A stretch of DNA of 63,098 nucleotides, filler included, from Octopus bimaculoides (Eukaryota): assembly GCF_001194135.2 (NCBI RefSeq). It is 5 parts of 5 records of this genome, joined end to end, with 100 filler letters (N's around TTAATTAATTAA, not from the genome) between each part and the next. Parts side by side here need not be neighbours in the genome. Positions count along the whole stretch, not along the records: positions 45,642 to 53,253 come from NC_068987.1; positions 53,354 to 63,098 come from NC_068989.1; 3 more parts are not named here. One strand, written 5' to 3'. Made by a program: the position numbers and the translations under genes. Position 1 is the first letter of the stretch; every line of letters starts with the position of its first letter. Under the pieces are notes generated by a model. That model saw nothing but the letters and a program-made list of their open reading frames with translations, did not search any database and was not told the origin of the DNA. Of this stretch, positions 50,151 to 61,584 are shown one piece after another.

Positions 50151-53100
50151 GCTGGGTGTTCCTTGCAAGCTTACGCATGTCCTCTGCAGTCATGGCCCAT
50201 GTTTCACTGCCAAGTAGCATGGATGTTCGTACACAAGCGTTATACAGTCTACCTTTTATTCTGAGCGAGAAGCCCTTTGTCACCAGCAGAGGTAGGAACT
50301 CTCTGAACTTTTCCCAGGCTATTCGTATTCTAGCAACTACACTTTCAGAGAATCCACTCCCGCTACTGATTTGGTCCCCTAGGTAACGGAAGCTATCAAC
50401 TACTTGTAGTTTTTCTTCCTGGAATGTGACAGAAGCTCATCTCTGCACATTTTCAGAGTTTATAGCACCTGAACATCTACCACATACAAAAACTCTCTTC
50501 CCAGTTAACCTTCCTTTGATATTGCTGCACCTCTTATGTGTCCATAGCTTACACTGGGTACATCTTATAGAATTTCTACCTACGCCTTTTCTACAGATCG
50601 AGCAGGGCCATCTACCTGAAGGGATTTGTGGTTTGTCTGCCTTCCTACTTATTAAGACTTTCGTTTTAGCTAGGTTGACTCTAAGGCCCTTCGATTCTTA
50701 TCCTTGCTTCCACACCTGAAACATTTCCTCTAGTTCTCATAGTGACTCAGCAATTAGAGCAAGTTCATCAGCATAGAGGAGCTCCCAGGGGCATCCTGTC
50801 TTGAATTCTTCTGTTATTGCCTGGAGAACAGTGATGAATAAGAGGGAGCTGAGTACTGATCCTTGGTGGAACCTTACACTACCCGGAATTCTTCACTGTA
50901 CTCGTTGCCAACCCTCACCTTACTGACAGCGTCCCTGTACATGGCTGGCACAGCTCTCACTAACCATTCAACTAGCCCTAGTTTCCTCATTGATCACTAG
51001 ATAAGGAATCGGGGGACTCTGTCAAAGGCTTTCTCCATGTCAACGAAAGCCAGGAAAAGACGTTTATCTTTGGCTATGTATTTCTCCTGCAGCTGTCTTA
51101 CCAGAAATATAGCATCAGTGGTGCTTTTCCCTGGCACAAACCCAAACTGCATCTCATCTAGACTGACTCTCTCCCTAATTAGTTGGGCTATGACCCTCTT
51201 TGTGACCTTCATTACCTGATCCAACAAATTGATACCTCTGTATTTATCTGTATCTAAAGCTTCACCTGTACCTTTATAGCAGTTGACTATGGTGCTGCTA
51301 CACCAGTCATTGGGTATGACTCCTTCATGTGTCACTTGGTTAATTATACGGGTGACTAGGCTATAGCCGACACTGCCAGATATTTTGAGCATCTCTGCAG
51401 TGATTCCTGATGGACCGGGGGCTGTCCCTGTCTTAATACCCTTAATCGCTTTATCAACCAAGGTACTGTCAATTCGGACAGCTGGTCCCTCTGTTGGGTC
51501 GACATTCGGCAGACTCTCTTCCTCCCATTCATTCTCTTTATTGAGCAACCTTTCATAGTGGCGTCTCCAAACCTCTTTGCAGCCTCGTTTAATGCAAGTG
51601 AACCATCATCCATGCGGATACATTTCTCTCCTATGACATCACGATTCTCTCTCACACACTGTCTTGCAACATGAAATACCTCAAGTTTTTGGTCCTCACG
51701 GCGCAGAACATTGGCAATTTTTTTCTTATCTGCTTCCCCTCTGGCTAAATATACCTGTCTCCTAGCTTCCCTTCTGGCAGTCTGATACAGTTCCCTGCTA
51801 CCACCGTTCTTCCAGTCCTTCCAAGCCTGTTTCTTTTCCCTAATGGCCCTGTCAACAACATTGTTCCACTACCACGTTATCTTGGATCGAGAGGAGACTT
51901 TGCACCATCCACAGATCTAGTCACCGGCCCTCAGCAAGTTGTCACGTAGAAACCTCCAGTTGTCTTCCACATCATGTGATGCTATATCCCCTCTATTTAG
52001 TCAAAAGCTTCGAGTAATACGTCTCTATATCTCATTCGCAGGATCTTTAAGCTTCCAGACTCTTCTCCTCCATGCTGGTCGTCTTCTGGGCATCCATTTA
52101 GCCCTGATCCTGAAGTCACTAACTAGTATGTTGTGGGGTACATTCTTCTACTGGGAAGGTTTTGGCATTTATAAGCAGCCATATTTCCCTTTTTCTGGAG
52201 AGGATGTAGTCAATTTGGCTAGTGTGTCTACCAGAACGGTAGGTGACTAGGTGACTGGTAGGTTTCCTGAAGTCAGTGTTACAAACCATAAGGTCATTTG
52301 CATCACAGAACTCCAGCAGCCTGGTCTCTCTCCTCATTGCTACCAAAACCATAGCCTCCATGTACGCCATGTAAGCCCCCTGCATGTTGTCCAACATGTC
52401 CATTGAAGTCACCAGCCACAAAGAGAAGGTCCCTGTCATTCGTCAACGAGGTAGTCTGCAAGAGGGTGTCATAAAATCGGTCTTTCGGTTCATCAGGTAG
52501 CCTCGGCTGACGGGCATAGACCAAGATAATGGCTGCTAACCCATGATGTAGCACTAATCTAATCTTAAGTTTTCTATCTCAGACTCTGACTACCTCGATT
52601 ACCTTACCAACACATTTCTCCGCAAGAAGTATACCCCGACCCCGTCAGTGTTCCCTACCCAGAAAATCTTGTACCTATGTTCTTTGCCTTTGAGGAACCT
52701 AGCGGAACCTCCTCTCCACCTTACTTCTTGGATGCAGCACAAATCTACACATCTCCATTCAAGCATCTGAACAATCTCACCAGACCTACCTTTCAGTGTG
52801 CCCATGTTCAGGTGCCAACTCTGAGGGTGTGGGAGGTGTGGGCCTATGAGACCCTGGGATGGGGGACAGCAGCCTCATGTACCTGAAAAGACAGCTCGCA
52901 TTTGGCAGAATTCATAAAAAAACAATAGCCTTCAACCTGCATACACTACACCATCGTTTTTATTCGCTATATGATCACTACCTTACATAGGAGATAAACC
53001 CTACGTAGGGGCGGGGATGGCGTTAAGCCTTTAGAAGTGTTCATGGGAGACAACCAAAAGATGACAGAGGATAGTGACTTCCGGTACAGGTGGTGGGAGT

Positions 53101-53253
53101 GGGATGGCTGTCGTACCGCGAAATAGCAAAATTAGAGAAGAGCATCTTCTAGATTTGTATTCTTTTGGCGGAGTAGCGGAATCCGAGTGCGTGCGCTAGT
53201 TTATATAGGGTGGGATGTGGAGGAGGGGGAAGTGTTGGATAAGCAACTGGTTA
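50151..53253 (-). mobile_element. RTE-clade LINE, near full length, decayed, 3' end missing
   Basis: ORF start near 52915 (MNSAKCELSFQV..HTLRVGT), GTLKGRSGEIV..CIQEVRW, AGDFNGHVG, SQIDYIL, APGPSGI, YRGI.LL, QFGFVPGKSTTDAIF, FVDMEKAFDRVP, WELLYADEL (YADD mutated to YADE), last frame GRLYNACVR.SML.GSETW. About 340 bp of 5' UTR up to the join. Confidence 0.93.
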
Positions 53254-53353
53254 NNNNNNNNNNNNNNNNNNNNNNNNNNNNNNNNNNNNNNNNNNNNTTA
53301 ATTAATTAANNNNNNNNNNNNNNNNNNNNNNNNNNNNNNNNNNNNNNNNNNNN
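53254..53353. other. Artificial scaffold join spacer
   Basis: 44N-TTAATTAATTAA-44N. Confidence 0.9.
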
Positions 53354-53798
53354 GTCGAGCACCAAACAGTTTTAACAGAGCGTCCATATCTCTCTGATGT
53401 TGTTGCATTTGCTTGTCCATTTGTTCCCTAAACAATTTAATAAGTTCTACTGTCTGTTTTTCAGCCATTGTTATTACGATGAATAATTTTACGGTAAAGT
53501 AAGCATGTATCCTACCGGCAACGCCAATAAACTCTGTTATGTTTCCCTCGGATGACTTGTAGAGATAACACAACGAGTTATACAATTTAATTATTACATT
53601 TATTGTTCAATTACATACAAAGAACGCACTCACCCAATGTTCGTTATGAATAAACAAAAGTCATGTCCGCCATATATATATCAATGACATTTTACTACGA
53701 CAGTCCCACAAGACAACAACAATGAAACAATGAACTCAGACGAACCACATGACACACGGAACGTCAGACGAATTACATATCTAACAGTCCATATAACA
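53354..53798 (-). mobile_element. Ty3/Gypsy LTR retrotransposon 5' end: LTR, PBS and gag N-terminus
   Basis: 264-bp LTR 53535-53798 with TGTTAT..ATAACA termini, TATA-like tract (about 53671-53681) and AATAAA (about 53599-53604); PBS at 53509-53526; ORF MAEKQTVELIKLFREQMDKQMQQHQRDMDALLKLFG cut by the join. Confidence 0.8.
53509..53526 (-). promoter_or_regulatory. Primer-binding site TGGCGTTGCCGGTAGGAT (tRNA-Ser-like)
   Basis: 18 nt starting TGG, 8 nt after the LTR end; resembles the complement of tRNA-Ser 3' ends (..ATCCTGCCGACTACGCCA) with mismatches. Confidence 0.7.
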
Positions 53799-54159
53799 CT
53801 AAGTCCTCCACAGAAAAGTGTTGGCAGCATATGGACTGCCTGGCCAGTAGAAATGCATCCCTTCCGCAAGAAGCAAAAGAACAGATGGTTTAAACCAGTC
53901 AAATGAAAATGGTGGCAAGCCATTATGGTCAGGTAGTAATATATAATAGTAGAGATGTATACATCATTACCTTTGCTCAGCCTTTTGGGGATAATTGCCT
54001 CTCAGCCTGTTTTTGCATGAACATTGAAAATTTTTCATGAAGAACAAATAAAAAAGAAAATATATTGCTGCTACTTATTTATTTTTTTAAGCTCTAGAGT
54101 TGTAAAAAGCAAAGGTTTACTGACTTACTGAATTAGGCTATCATAAATACAGGCTTGCC

Positions 54160-54371
54160 CTTTACAGGTGCCGGTGTCACATAAAATCCACTCGTACCAG
54201 TGCTGTGTAAATGCAACCATGTGGCACATGAAAAATACCAACACACACTGTAAAGTGGTTGATGTTAGGAAGGACATCCAGCTGTAGAAACCATGCTACA
54301 ACAGATAATTGGAGTCTGGACAGCTCCTGTGAAACTGTTCAACCCATGCCAGCATGGAAAACAGACATTAA

Positions 54372-54400
<29 letters not shown>
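54160..54400 (+). mobile_element. Isolated RTE-type 3' tail ending in (GAT)n
   Basis: gtggttgatgttaggaaggacatccagctgtagaaacc..aacccatgccagcatggaaaacagacattaaa(tga)n; homologous to 55915-56170. RTE assignment is recalled. Confidence 0.75.
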
Positions 54401-54406
<6 letters not shown>

Positions 54407-55158
54407 TTGGTCTGCAAAATAGTAGGTGAAATAAAAAGATGAAGTCCAAGGATCTTTGCAGGCAACTCTCTCTTTCTCATTCTTCCTATCTCTTGGCAAA
54501 AATCAGGTTTGTTTTTTTCATCTTAAATACATTTTCATCATCATCATCATCATCATTGTTTAACGTCCACCTTCCATAATATATAAAAATCAGATTTGTG
54601 TATGTCTGAGAGCGAAGGCCAGGAAAAAGAAATTTTTTGCCAGAGATAGATACAGCTTATCATGTGACTCAATGTCAAATGCAAGGTTCATGTCAAGTGA
54701 CCTTAGCTGCAGCCAAGAAGAAAATACAAATATTTTTTTTTTTTCAGTCTTATGTTTTTATGGTTTGTTGTAGCTGTAATTTAATTTTGATGTGGAGTTA
54801 TATATTAAATACAAAATAAATATATAGACAAGATAGTGTTGGTCTATTGTCAGTGGGTGCATATGACTCCATATATCTTCTAGTATATACCTACATATAT
54901 ACAAACATGCATACATCCAAATACTTGTGTGCGTATGAGAGTGAGAGAAAGAGAGAGGGATTTTTATAAGTTATCTGTATGCTAAATTAATTAGTACATG
55001 CCCCTATGTTAACGAATGAATTATATCGCTAATAAATGTGTTTAGTCATTATAAATAATCTTACAGCTAAGTCCTTATACACAACGGTTTCTACATTTAG
55101 ACATTTTGTATGTGTAAAAGTGTTTTGTCAAGCATGTGAAAACTTAATCAGCGAAGAG

Positions 55159-55212
<54 letters not shown>

Positions 55213-55724
55213 TGTAGTGGAGTCTGGCATTGGTCACTCAAATATTTGAGTTGATGAGTCAACAAGTATCTTTTACATGGTTGTTTCATCTGCTGGAAAT
55301 AGCAGCCAAATCTCCTTTAACATCTTACTGTCTATACACATTTATTCTTTCTACCACTATGTCAATGGCCTCTGTTCTATGGAGCTGACAAGTTTTGTGG
55401 CATCTCCATTTGAGCTCCCAAAATTCACTCATCTTTCCTCCTCTTATCACCATTATTGTGTCAACCCCCATCCTGCTGGTCTCACACCAACCACCATGTC
55501 CATTCCTGTTAATGTCTTCCCTGCAGGTCTTAAATTGCAACATTTTTAATGGTCTTGGAGGTCCTGCAAAACCCATGGGCATGGCTTCTTCCTCCTGACC
55601 CAGCAGATATATTTTATATGTGATGATTATGATCATCAACATCATTATTGTTCTATCGTTTACTTTTTCAAACTTGTGTGAGTCAGACAATTTGTCGAGT
55701 GCTCTTTTTGTGGTCTATTTTCTC

Positions 55725-55865
55725 CTGTTTCCAAACAAGGTTGTATTTCTCCATGGCTGGACAAGTTTTCATGGAAGATTAGGAACTGAAAGAAACTGCT
55801 TATATGACAGTGACACTCATTTCTAACTATGGCATGATGTCAAAATAAGGAAACGAGCACACACA
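55725..55865 (-). mobile_element. SINE family B variant body (RTE-tail subfamily)
   Basis: Reverse complement of the ..gtcactgtcata..ttccatgaaaac..gccatggagaaata..ttggaaac segment also seen at 56290-56430. Confidence 0.65.
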
Positions 55866-55914
55866 GCCATTGTTAAGGCTGCATCCCCTGGTGAAGAAGA
55901 TTGGCCTAGAAGAG

Positions 55915-56170
55915 TCCTGTGCTGGTGCCACATAAAAGGCACTCATTCTGGTACCATGTAAGAGCACTTGTGCAGTGTCATGTAAAAACACCCAGCACAC
56001 TCTGCAAAGTGGTTGGCATTAGGAAGGGCATCTAGCTGTAGAAACCCTGCCAAATCAGACTGGGGCCTGGTGCAGCTCTCTATCTCGCTAACTCTGGTTA
56101 ATCCACCCAACCCATGCCAGCATGGACAACAGATGCTAAAAGCAGATGCTAAATGATGATGATGATGATG
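55915..56170 (+). mobile_element. Isolated RTE-type 3' tail ending in (GAT)n
   Basis: gtgccacataaaaggcac repeats, gtggttggcattaggaagggcatctagctgtagaaacc, aacccatgccagcatgg, (TGA)n. Confidence 0.78.
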
Positions 56171-56174
56171 AGAC

Positions 56175-56430
56175 AGGCCAACCAAAGCCTGGTGAGTAGA
56201 TATGGTAGATGGAAACTGAAAGAGTCCCTTTATATATATGTATGTGTATGTATATATGCATATGTATGTGTGTGATTGTGCCTCCTTGTCTTGATGCCAG
56301 ACAATAGTTTTAAAACTGTCACTGTCATACAAGCAATGTCATTTGTTTCCCATCTTCTGGGGAGATATTTATTTGGAAATATGTGAGTGTTGGTAACAGG
56401 AAGGGCATTTTGGCTGTAGAATATGTGCTT
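56175..56430 (+). mobile_element. SINE family B variant (CORE region plus RTE-tail-like body), truncated
   Basis: ccaaagcctggtgagtagatatggtagatggaaactg, microsatellite, then gtcactgtcatacaagc..aggaagggcattttggctgtagaa. Confidence 0.7.
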
Positions 56431-56502
56431 CAATGAGTTGTGTCTCCCGCCCCCCCCCCTTCTAGCTTAGTAAAGTGAATGTTTAAGTAATAATCATAGG
56501 CA

Positions 56503-56850
56503 CAGAAATGGCTGTGTGGTAAGAAGTTTGCTTCTCAACCATGGGCAAGTGTTTTTCACTACAGCCATGGGCCAACCAAAGCCTTGTGAGTGGATTTGGT
56601 AGATGGAAACAAAAAGAAGCCCATCATGTGTGTGTGTGTGCGTGGGCATGTGCATGTGTGTGTGTATCTGTGTTTGTCCTCCACAACTGTTTGACAGTCA
56701 GTGTTGATGTGTTTATATCCCTGTAACTTAGCAGTTTGGCAAAAGAGACTGATAGAATGAGTATCAGGTTTAATAAAAAGTACTGGGGTCGATTCATTGA
56801 CCAAAATTCTTTAAAGTGATGCTACATCGTGGCCACAGTCTACTGACTAT
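56503..56850 (+). mobile_element. SINE family B, near full length
   Basis: tggctgtgtggtaagaag A box, gggcaagtg, gccttgtgagtggatttggtagatggaaac, ctgtaacttagc, ctggggtcgatt, ggccacagtc. Confidence 0.88.
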
Positions 56851-56892
56851 AAAAAACACACATGCACGCACGCATGCACACATCACGTTTCT

Positions 56893-56990
56893 TTTATTGG
56901 TTTTAGTCATTGAACTGTGGTCAGGCTGTGACACTGCTTTTAGGGATTATTTTGATTCCATTATTTGACTGGTACTTTTTTAAAATCAAC
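56893..56990 (-). mobile_element. SINE family B 3' tail fragment
   Basis: ttttagtcattgaactgtggtcagg..ctttaggg..actggtactttt. Confidence 0.65.
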
Positions 56991-59069
56991 TCTGGGAAAC
57001 ACAAAAGGCAAAGTTACTTGGATGGAACATAAAAGTACATGTCCTAATTCCACAAGTAATTTTGTTTGTTGCTCATTTGAGTACAAATATACACGCATAT
57101 TAATTTCCAACTTACCAGTGATGGTCAGTGTTGCCAGCAAGAGTTAAGTCCAAGTGAAAGAGAGAGAGAGAGAGAGGGGGGGTGCAGCTGTCTCGTGTGT
57201 CAAGCTAAAAATGAATATTTTATCATTCTTGTTTGCCCACAGTGTAATACATAGCACTGCTACTCTCTTTCTTTCTCTCTCTCAGACCAAAGGGCAAGGA
57301 AATGAAATATTAGCCTTCAGTACTTTTGGAAATTGAACTTATTAAATTCTCCTTGTAATATTATCATAGGACATGTGCCAAGTTTTTTTTTTCTTTTTTT
57401 TTTCCCCTCACCTCCTCTTGAAAAGCTGAAATAAACATTTCTCCAGATTGACTTTCGTCTCCTGCAGCTATTAAGTCAATTTTGTTCTAAGGGACAAAGG
57501 TTATATATATATTTTTAACAACATCACCACTCAGTACCCCTGTACAGTTATCAAATTCAGGTCGAGGATGAATGATAAAATCAACCCTACTGGTGAGATG
57601 TACACTGAGATCTAACAAGGATGCTACCTACGTAAAACACAGTAAAACCCTTTAAGTTCAATTGAACCTACCTTATTCTTCTTTACCCTGTTTCTCGTTT
57701 AGAGTTCAAAATTTTACATGTAACACATTTTTTAAAAAACCTTTTGCTTTCCTCCACCTTTTTTTCTTTTTCTTTCTGAAATCACAAATTAATCAAACGT
57801 TTTTCTTTCTAAAGTTTGCTTCCGATGGATTCTGAGTATTGTGGGAAGAGGGTGGGGTCGCTAGGGTATGTGGTGGGGGTTTGGTTAGTTTTTTTTTTCT
57901 TTCTTTCTTGTTTTATGATGTCTTGTCTGGTGTTATCTATGGAACCAGCAGATGTTTCACTACAAAACAGCAGACAGATGTTTACTTGCTATAAACTTGG
58001 GTGTGTGTATGTAGGGGGAGGAGGATGGGGAGAGCGAAAGAGGGAGAAACAGAGGGAGTGAGAGAGTTGTTGGATGGGCATAGGTGGGTGGAGTTGGTTA
58101 ACTCTTCATATCTCTTAGCACAGAATCACATCTAATATGCTCCATCTCTTTTGTCCCCCCACCGCCTTCATTTTCACATGTGTATGTAACATATTTTTAT
58201 GTGTATGTATGTATGCATTTTGAGTGCATATGTATGTATGTGAATGTATGTGGATACTAACATATGCACACGTGAATGGAAACAATTAAATAACAACAAC
58301 AAGAAGGAATTTCTTCTTCCTACACCTCATCCTACCTTTCTCAATTAAATATTATATTTGACATATTTTTAATTAGATTCCTCCCATATGTTAGAATGCC
58401 TGTCTGAAATTCCCCTCACCCATTTCACTTCTCTACTGTTTGTCCCTCATAACCCCACCCTCTCTCGTTCAGTCCTTATGAAGTAAACTGGCCCATATAA
58501 TAACCACCCTCTCCAGTATTATTATTACAACTATGCTTCTTATAAAGTGGACTCACCTCTCCGTTCATCTCCCAGACCCTCCACTATCCAACTTCTATTC
58601 AAAGCCATTATCTGGAGGTGGTGGTCTTTCTACTTTCTTCCATTTTTCTTTTCTTACTCCCCCCCCCACTAGCCTCCTCTCCTCCAGCTTTTTCTGTTGT
58701 CTTCTTTTCTTTTTCCAATTTTTCTCTATGCATTTTTATCTCTCTTCCCGCCTCACCTTTGTATTTCTTCAACTGCCACTGCCACCACCACCACTAATAA
58801 TACTTTTACTTATGTTTCTTCATGTTGACATGGTGGAAATGTAGCCCTTTCTTTCTTTCATGAATACCTCATTCGTCTCCAAGACTTGTGACAAGGTATG
58901 GTGCGTATGTGTGTGCATCTGTGTGTTTATTAGGAAAGTTGTTTCTCTCCCCATCTGGCATTGAACTGTTCTGGACAACAAACAAACCAGTTCATTAATA
59001 TATTAAATATCGTTATTGTTGACTATCAGCTAATTAATTTATTTATTAATTAACAAAAAATAGTAGTGT

Positions 59070-59180
59070 TGGACAGAATGCCTTGTGGTGGTTAGTTATG
59101 TCTCTCTGTTCTAGGTTCAAATCTTACAAAGGATGGCTTTGTATTTAATTTCTATGTGAGTTAATTAAATATGTACCAGT
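59070..59180 (+). mobile_element. Old diverged SINE family A remnant
   Basis: gttctaggttcaaatc B box..ggctttg..atatgtaccagtt. Confidence 0.5.
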
Positions 59181-59244
59181 TCTTGTTTAGCTTCTGCTCA
59201 GCTCTGATTCGCTATACCTATCATGACCATCCCACCTTTCAGTC

Positions 59245-59625
59245 CTATTGTGTTGCACCTTGGGAAAGTGTCTTCTACCTTCGTCCTGGGCTGGGTTAAC
59301 CAAAGCCTTGTGAGTGGATTTGGGAGACAGAAATTGAAAGAAGCTTGTCATGCGTGTATATGTGTGTGTGGACACAGCCACACACACACACACATACACA
59401 TGTATATATATATATATATATATGTGTGTTTGTGTCTTTGTATCCGTTTTTGTCCTCAACCAGTTTGACAACTGGTGTTGGTTTGTTTACACCCCCATAA
59501 CTTAGCATTTCAGAAAAAGAGATCAATGCAATAAGCACCTGGGGTCGGTTTCTTTGACTAAACCCTTCAAGGCAGTGCTCCAGCATGTCTGCAGACCAAT
59601 AACTGAAACAAGTAAAAGATAAAAG
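59245..59625 (+). mobile_element. SINE family B, head-eroded
   Basis: gcaccttgggaaagtgtcttcta..gccttgtgagtggatttgg..cccataacttagc..ctggggtcgg..gctccagcatg..ctgaaacaagtaaaag. Confidence 0.88.
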
Positions 59626-60622
59626 AGATTACTTATTTTTGTCTTTTGAAAAGATAGTAGGGTGTTGTTTAAAGGAGATTTGGCTGTTATTTCTAGCAAT
59701 TAAGTGACCACATAAAAACTCTCCCAACAGCCCAGTAAGCACCAGACATTGTACCGAGGAACTGATTCAGTGATTACAAACCTTTTCCCCCACCCAGATT
59801 TGTGACCTCTGTGCTAAAATCAGAAATCAAAGTCAATATTTAATTTGAAATTCTCTTTCCTTCCCGTTTCGGTGTCGGATGTTTTCTGGTATTTTCTAGA
59901 AGGAATTAACATTCCCTTTGTCTAGCAATCACCGAAAATTTATTAGTGTTGCTGACACATACATACACACATGGTCACACCCACTATAAACAGCCTTTGT
60001 CTTCCAGAAAATTCCTCAAAGGTGGATAACGTGTTTTTTTTTTCTCCTCTTCTTTGCAGCATTTAAAATATACAACTTATTATTGTAGCCTCTATCGTTT
60101 TTCTTTCTTTCTACTTGCAGCAGGGACCCGCTGATAATTATCTTTTTTTACCTAGTTTACCGTTCTTCACTTTTAACTTTTTTTTGTTTTTTGTTTTCTT
60201 TGGGTGTTTTTCCAGTATCTCTCTCTAGCTCATCTTCACCATTCTCATCAGCATCACTATCGTTTCTAATACTTCTAGTATCACCCTACTGCTGTCAACT
60301 ACAATGAAAATGATATAGACTATTTACTACATAGAAAACAAAGACAAAAAAAGACAAAAAAAAGAAAAGCCATGTTGGGGTTTTACAGTTTGTGAGTCAT
60401 CATCATGAACAACACCTTACAATTCATGTCGTCATCTCATCATCATCATCATCTATTGGTGTAAAGCTGCTGCTGCTCTCTGCTGCACCTATGAGTTACT
60501 GCAGTGTTGATTGAGTAAGGGAGTGTGACTGACTATGTAGTTAGGAAGGTCTCTCTCTCACTCTCTCCCTCTCTCTCTCTCTCTCACCCACACACACTGA
60601 TATCAGACATGAGAAGACGGGT

Positions 60623-60623
<1 letters not shown>

Positions 60624-60715
<92 letters not shown>
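60624..60715. repeat. (TG)n microsatellite
   Basis: Direct reading. Confidence 0.95.
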
Positions 60716-60716
<1 letters not shown>

Positions 60717-61584
60717 TAAAACTAGATGACTCACTAGCTGACTTAGTCTGCGACTACACTTACCATTATTCCCTCGGTCTGCTATATTTCTTTCCTGGAC
60801 TTTTCTTCATCTAACAGAGTAGTGTCCTCTGTCGGATGACTGTCTTTCCCCTACTCTCCCCACCCCCCGGCTGAACTTTCCCCTTAAATCTTTTACTTCC
60901 TTTTTCCTTGCCCTCTTTCCATTTCTCTTTTCTTTCTCTCTTTTATGCTTTCATTTATTTTCTATTCTTCATACATACAGATATTTGTGTGCATGTAGAA
61001 GCTTGTGTATATATGTGTATATGCAGTCATGCTCTCTCACACACACACACACACACTCACTTGGGTATGTGTGTGTGTGTGTGTGAATATATATGCTTAA
61101 TCCACAACTGTGAGTCTGACAAAACGTTTTATATCACCCAAGGGTTTTATCAGGGACGACTGCTGTTGTTTAGTTGGTTAAGTTGGGAACTGATTAGAAG
61201 GATAGACATATAGGTAAAGACTAGATTGATACACAGATAGCAGTGTATGGTGTGGGTGTACACAGTGTGGAGGAGAGCGTTAATAGATGCTGGCAGTTGT
61301 GGTGATGTATGACTGGTCACTGAAGGCTGGAGATGTTGATAATGGGTGTGGATTATTTGGTGTTAGTGGTAATGGTGTAAGCAGTGGGAGTAGATGTAAG
61401 GGTGGTGGTGGTTGGGGGGGATCATGGGACAAATGGGTATGGTCTTGGTGGGGTTGTAAAGGGATTGTTGCAGGGGGGTAGGGTGGGAAGTGAGGTAAGT
61501 GGTTGTGAATAAAGAAGCACAGGCACAGAACAATCGTTTGCATGCAAATGAACATGGGCATGTGTGTACTTACAAACACGCATC

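Noticed and set aside
52481-52500. Minus-strand CTGATGA-acc-GAAA hammerhead-like core
   Set aside because: Only 3 nt for stem II; it is the PDEPK coding sequence of the RTE endonuclease.
52883-52986. Apparent GT..TTTTCAG intron in the RTE leader
   Set aside because: The acceptor lies inside the in-frame N-terminal coding sequence starting at ATG 52915, and introns would be lost on retrotransposition.
55325-55690. 121-aa minus-strand ORF
   Set aside because: Crosses an ATC microsatellite, no domain recognised, no convincing splice sites.
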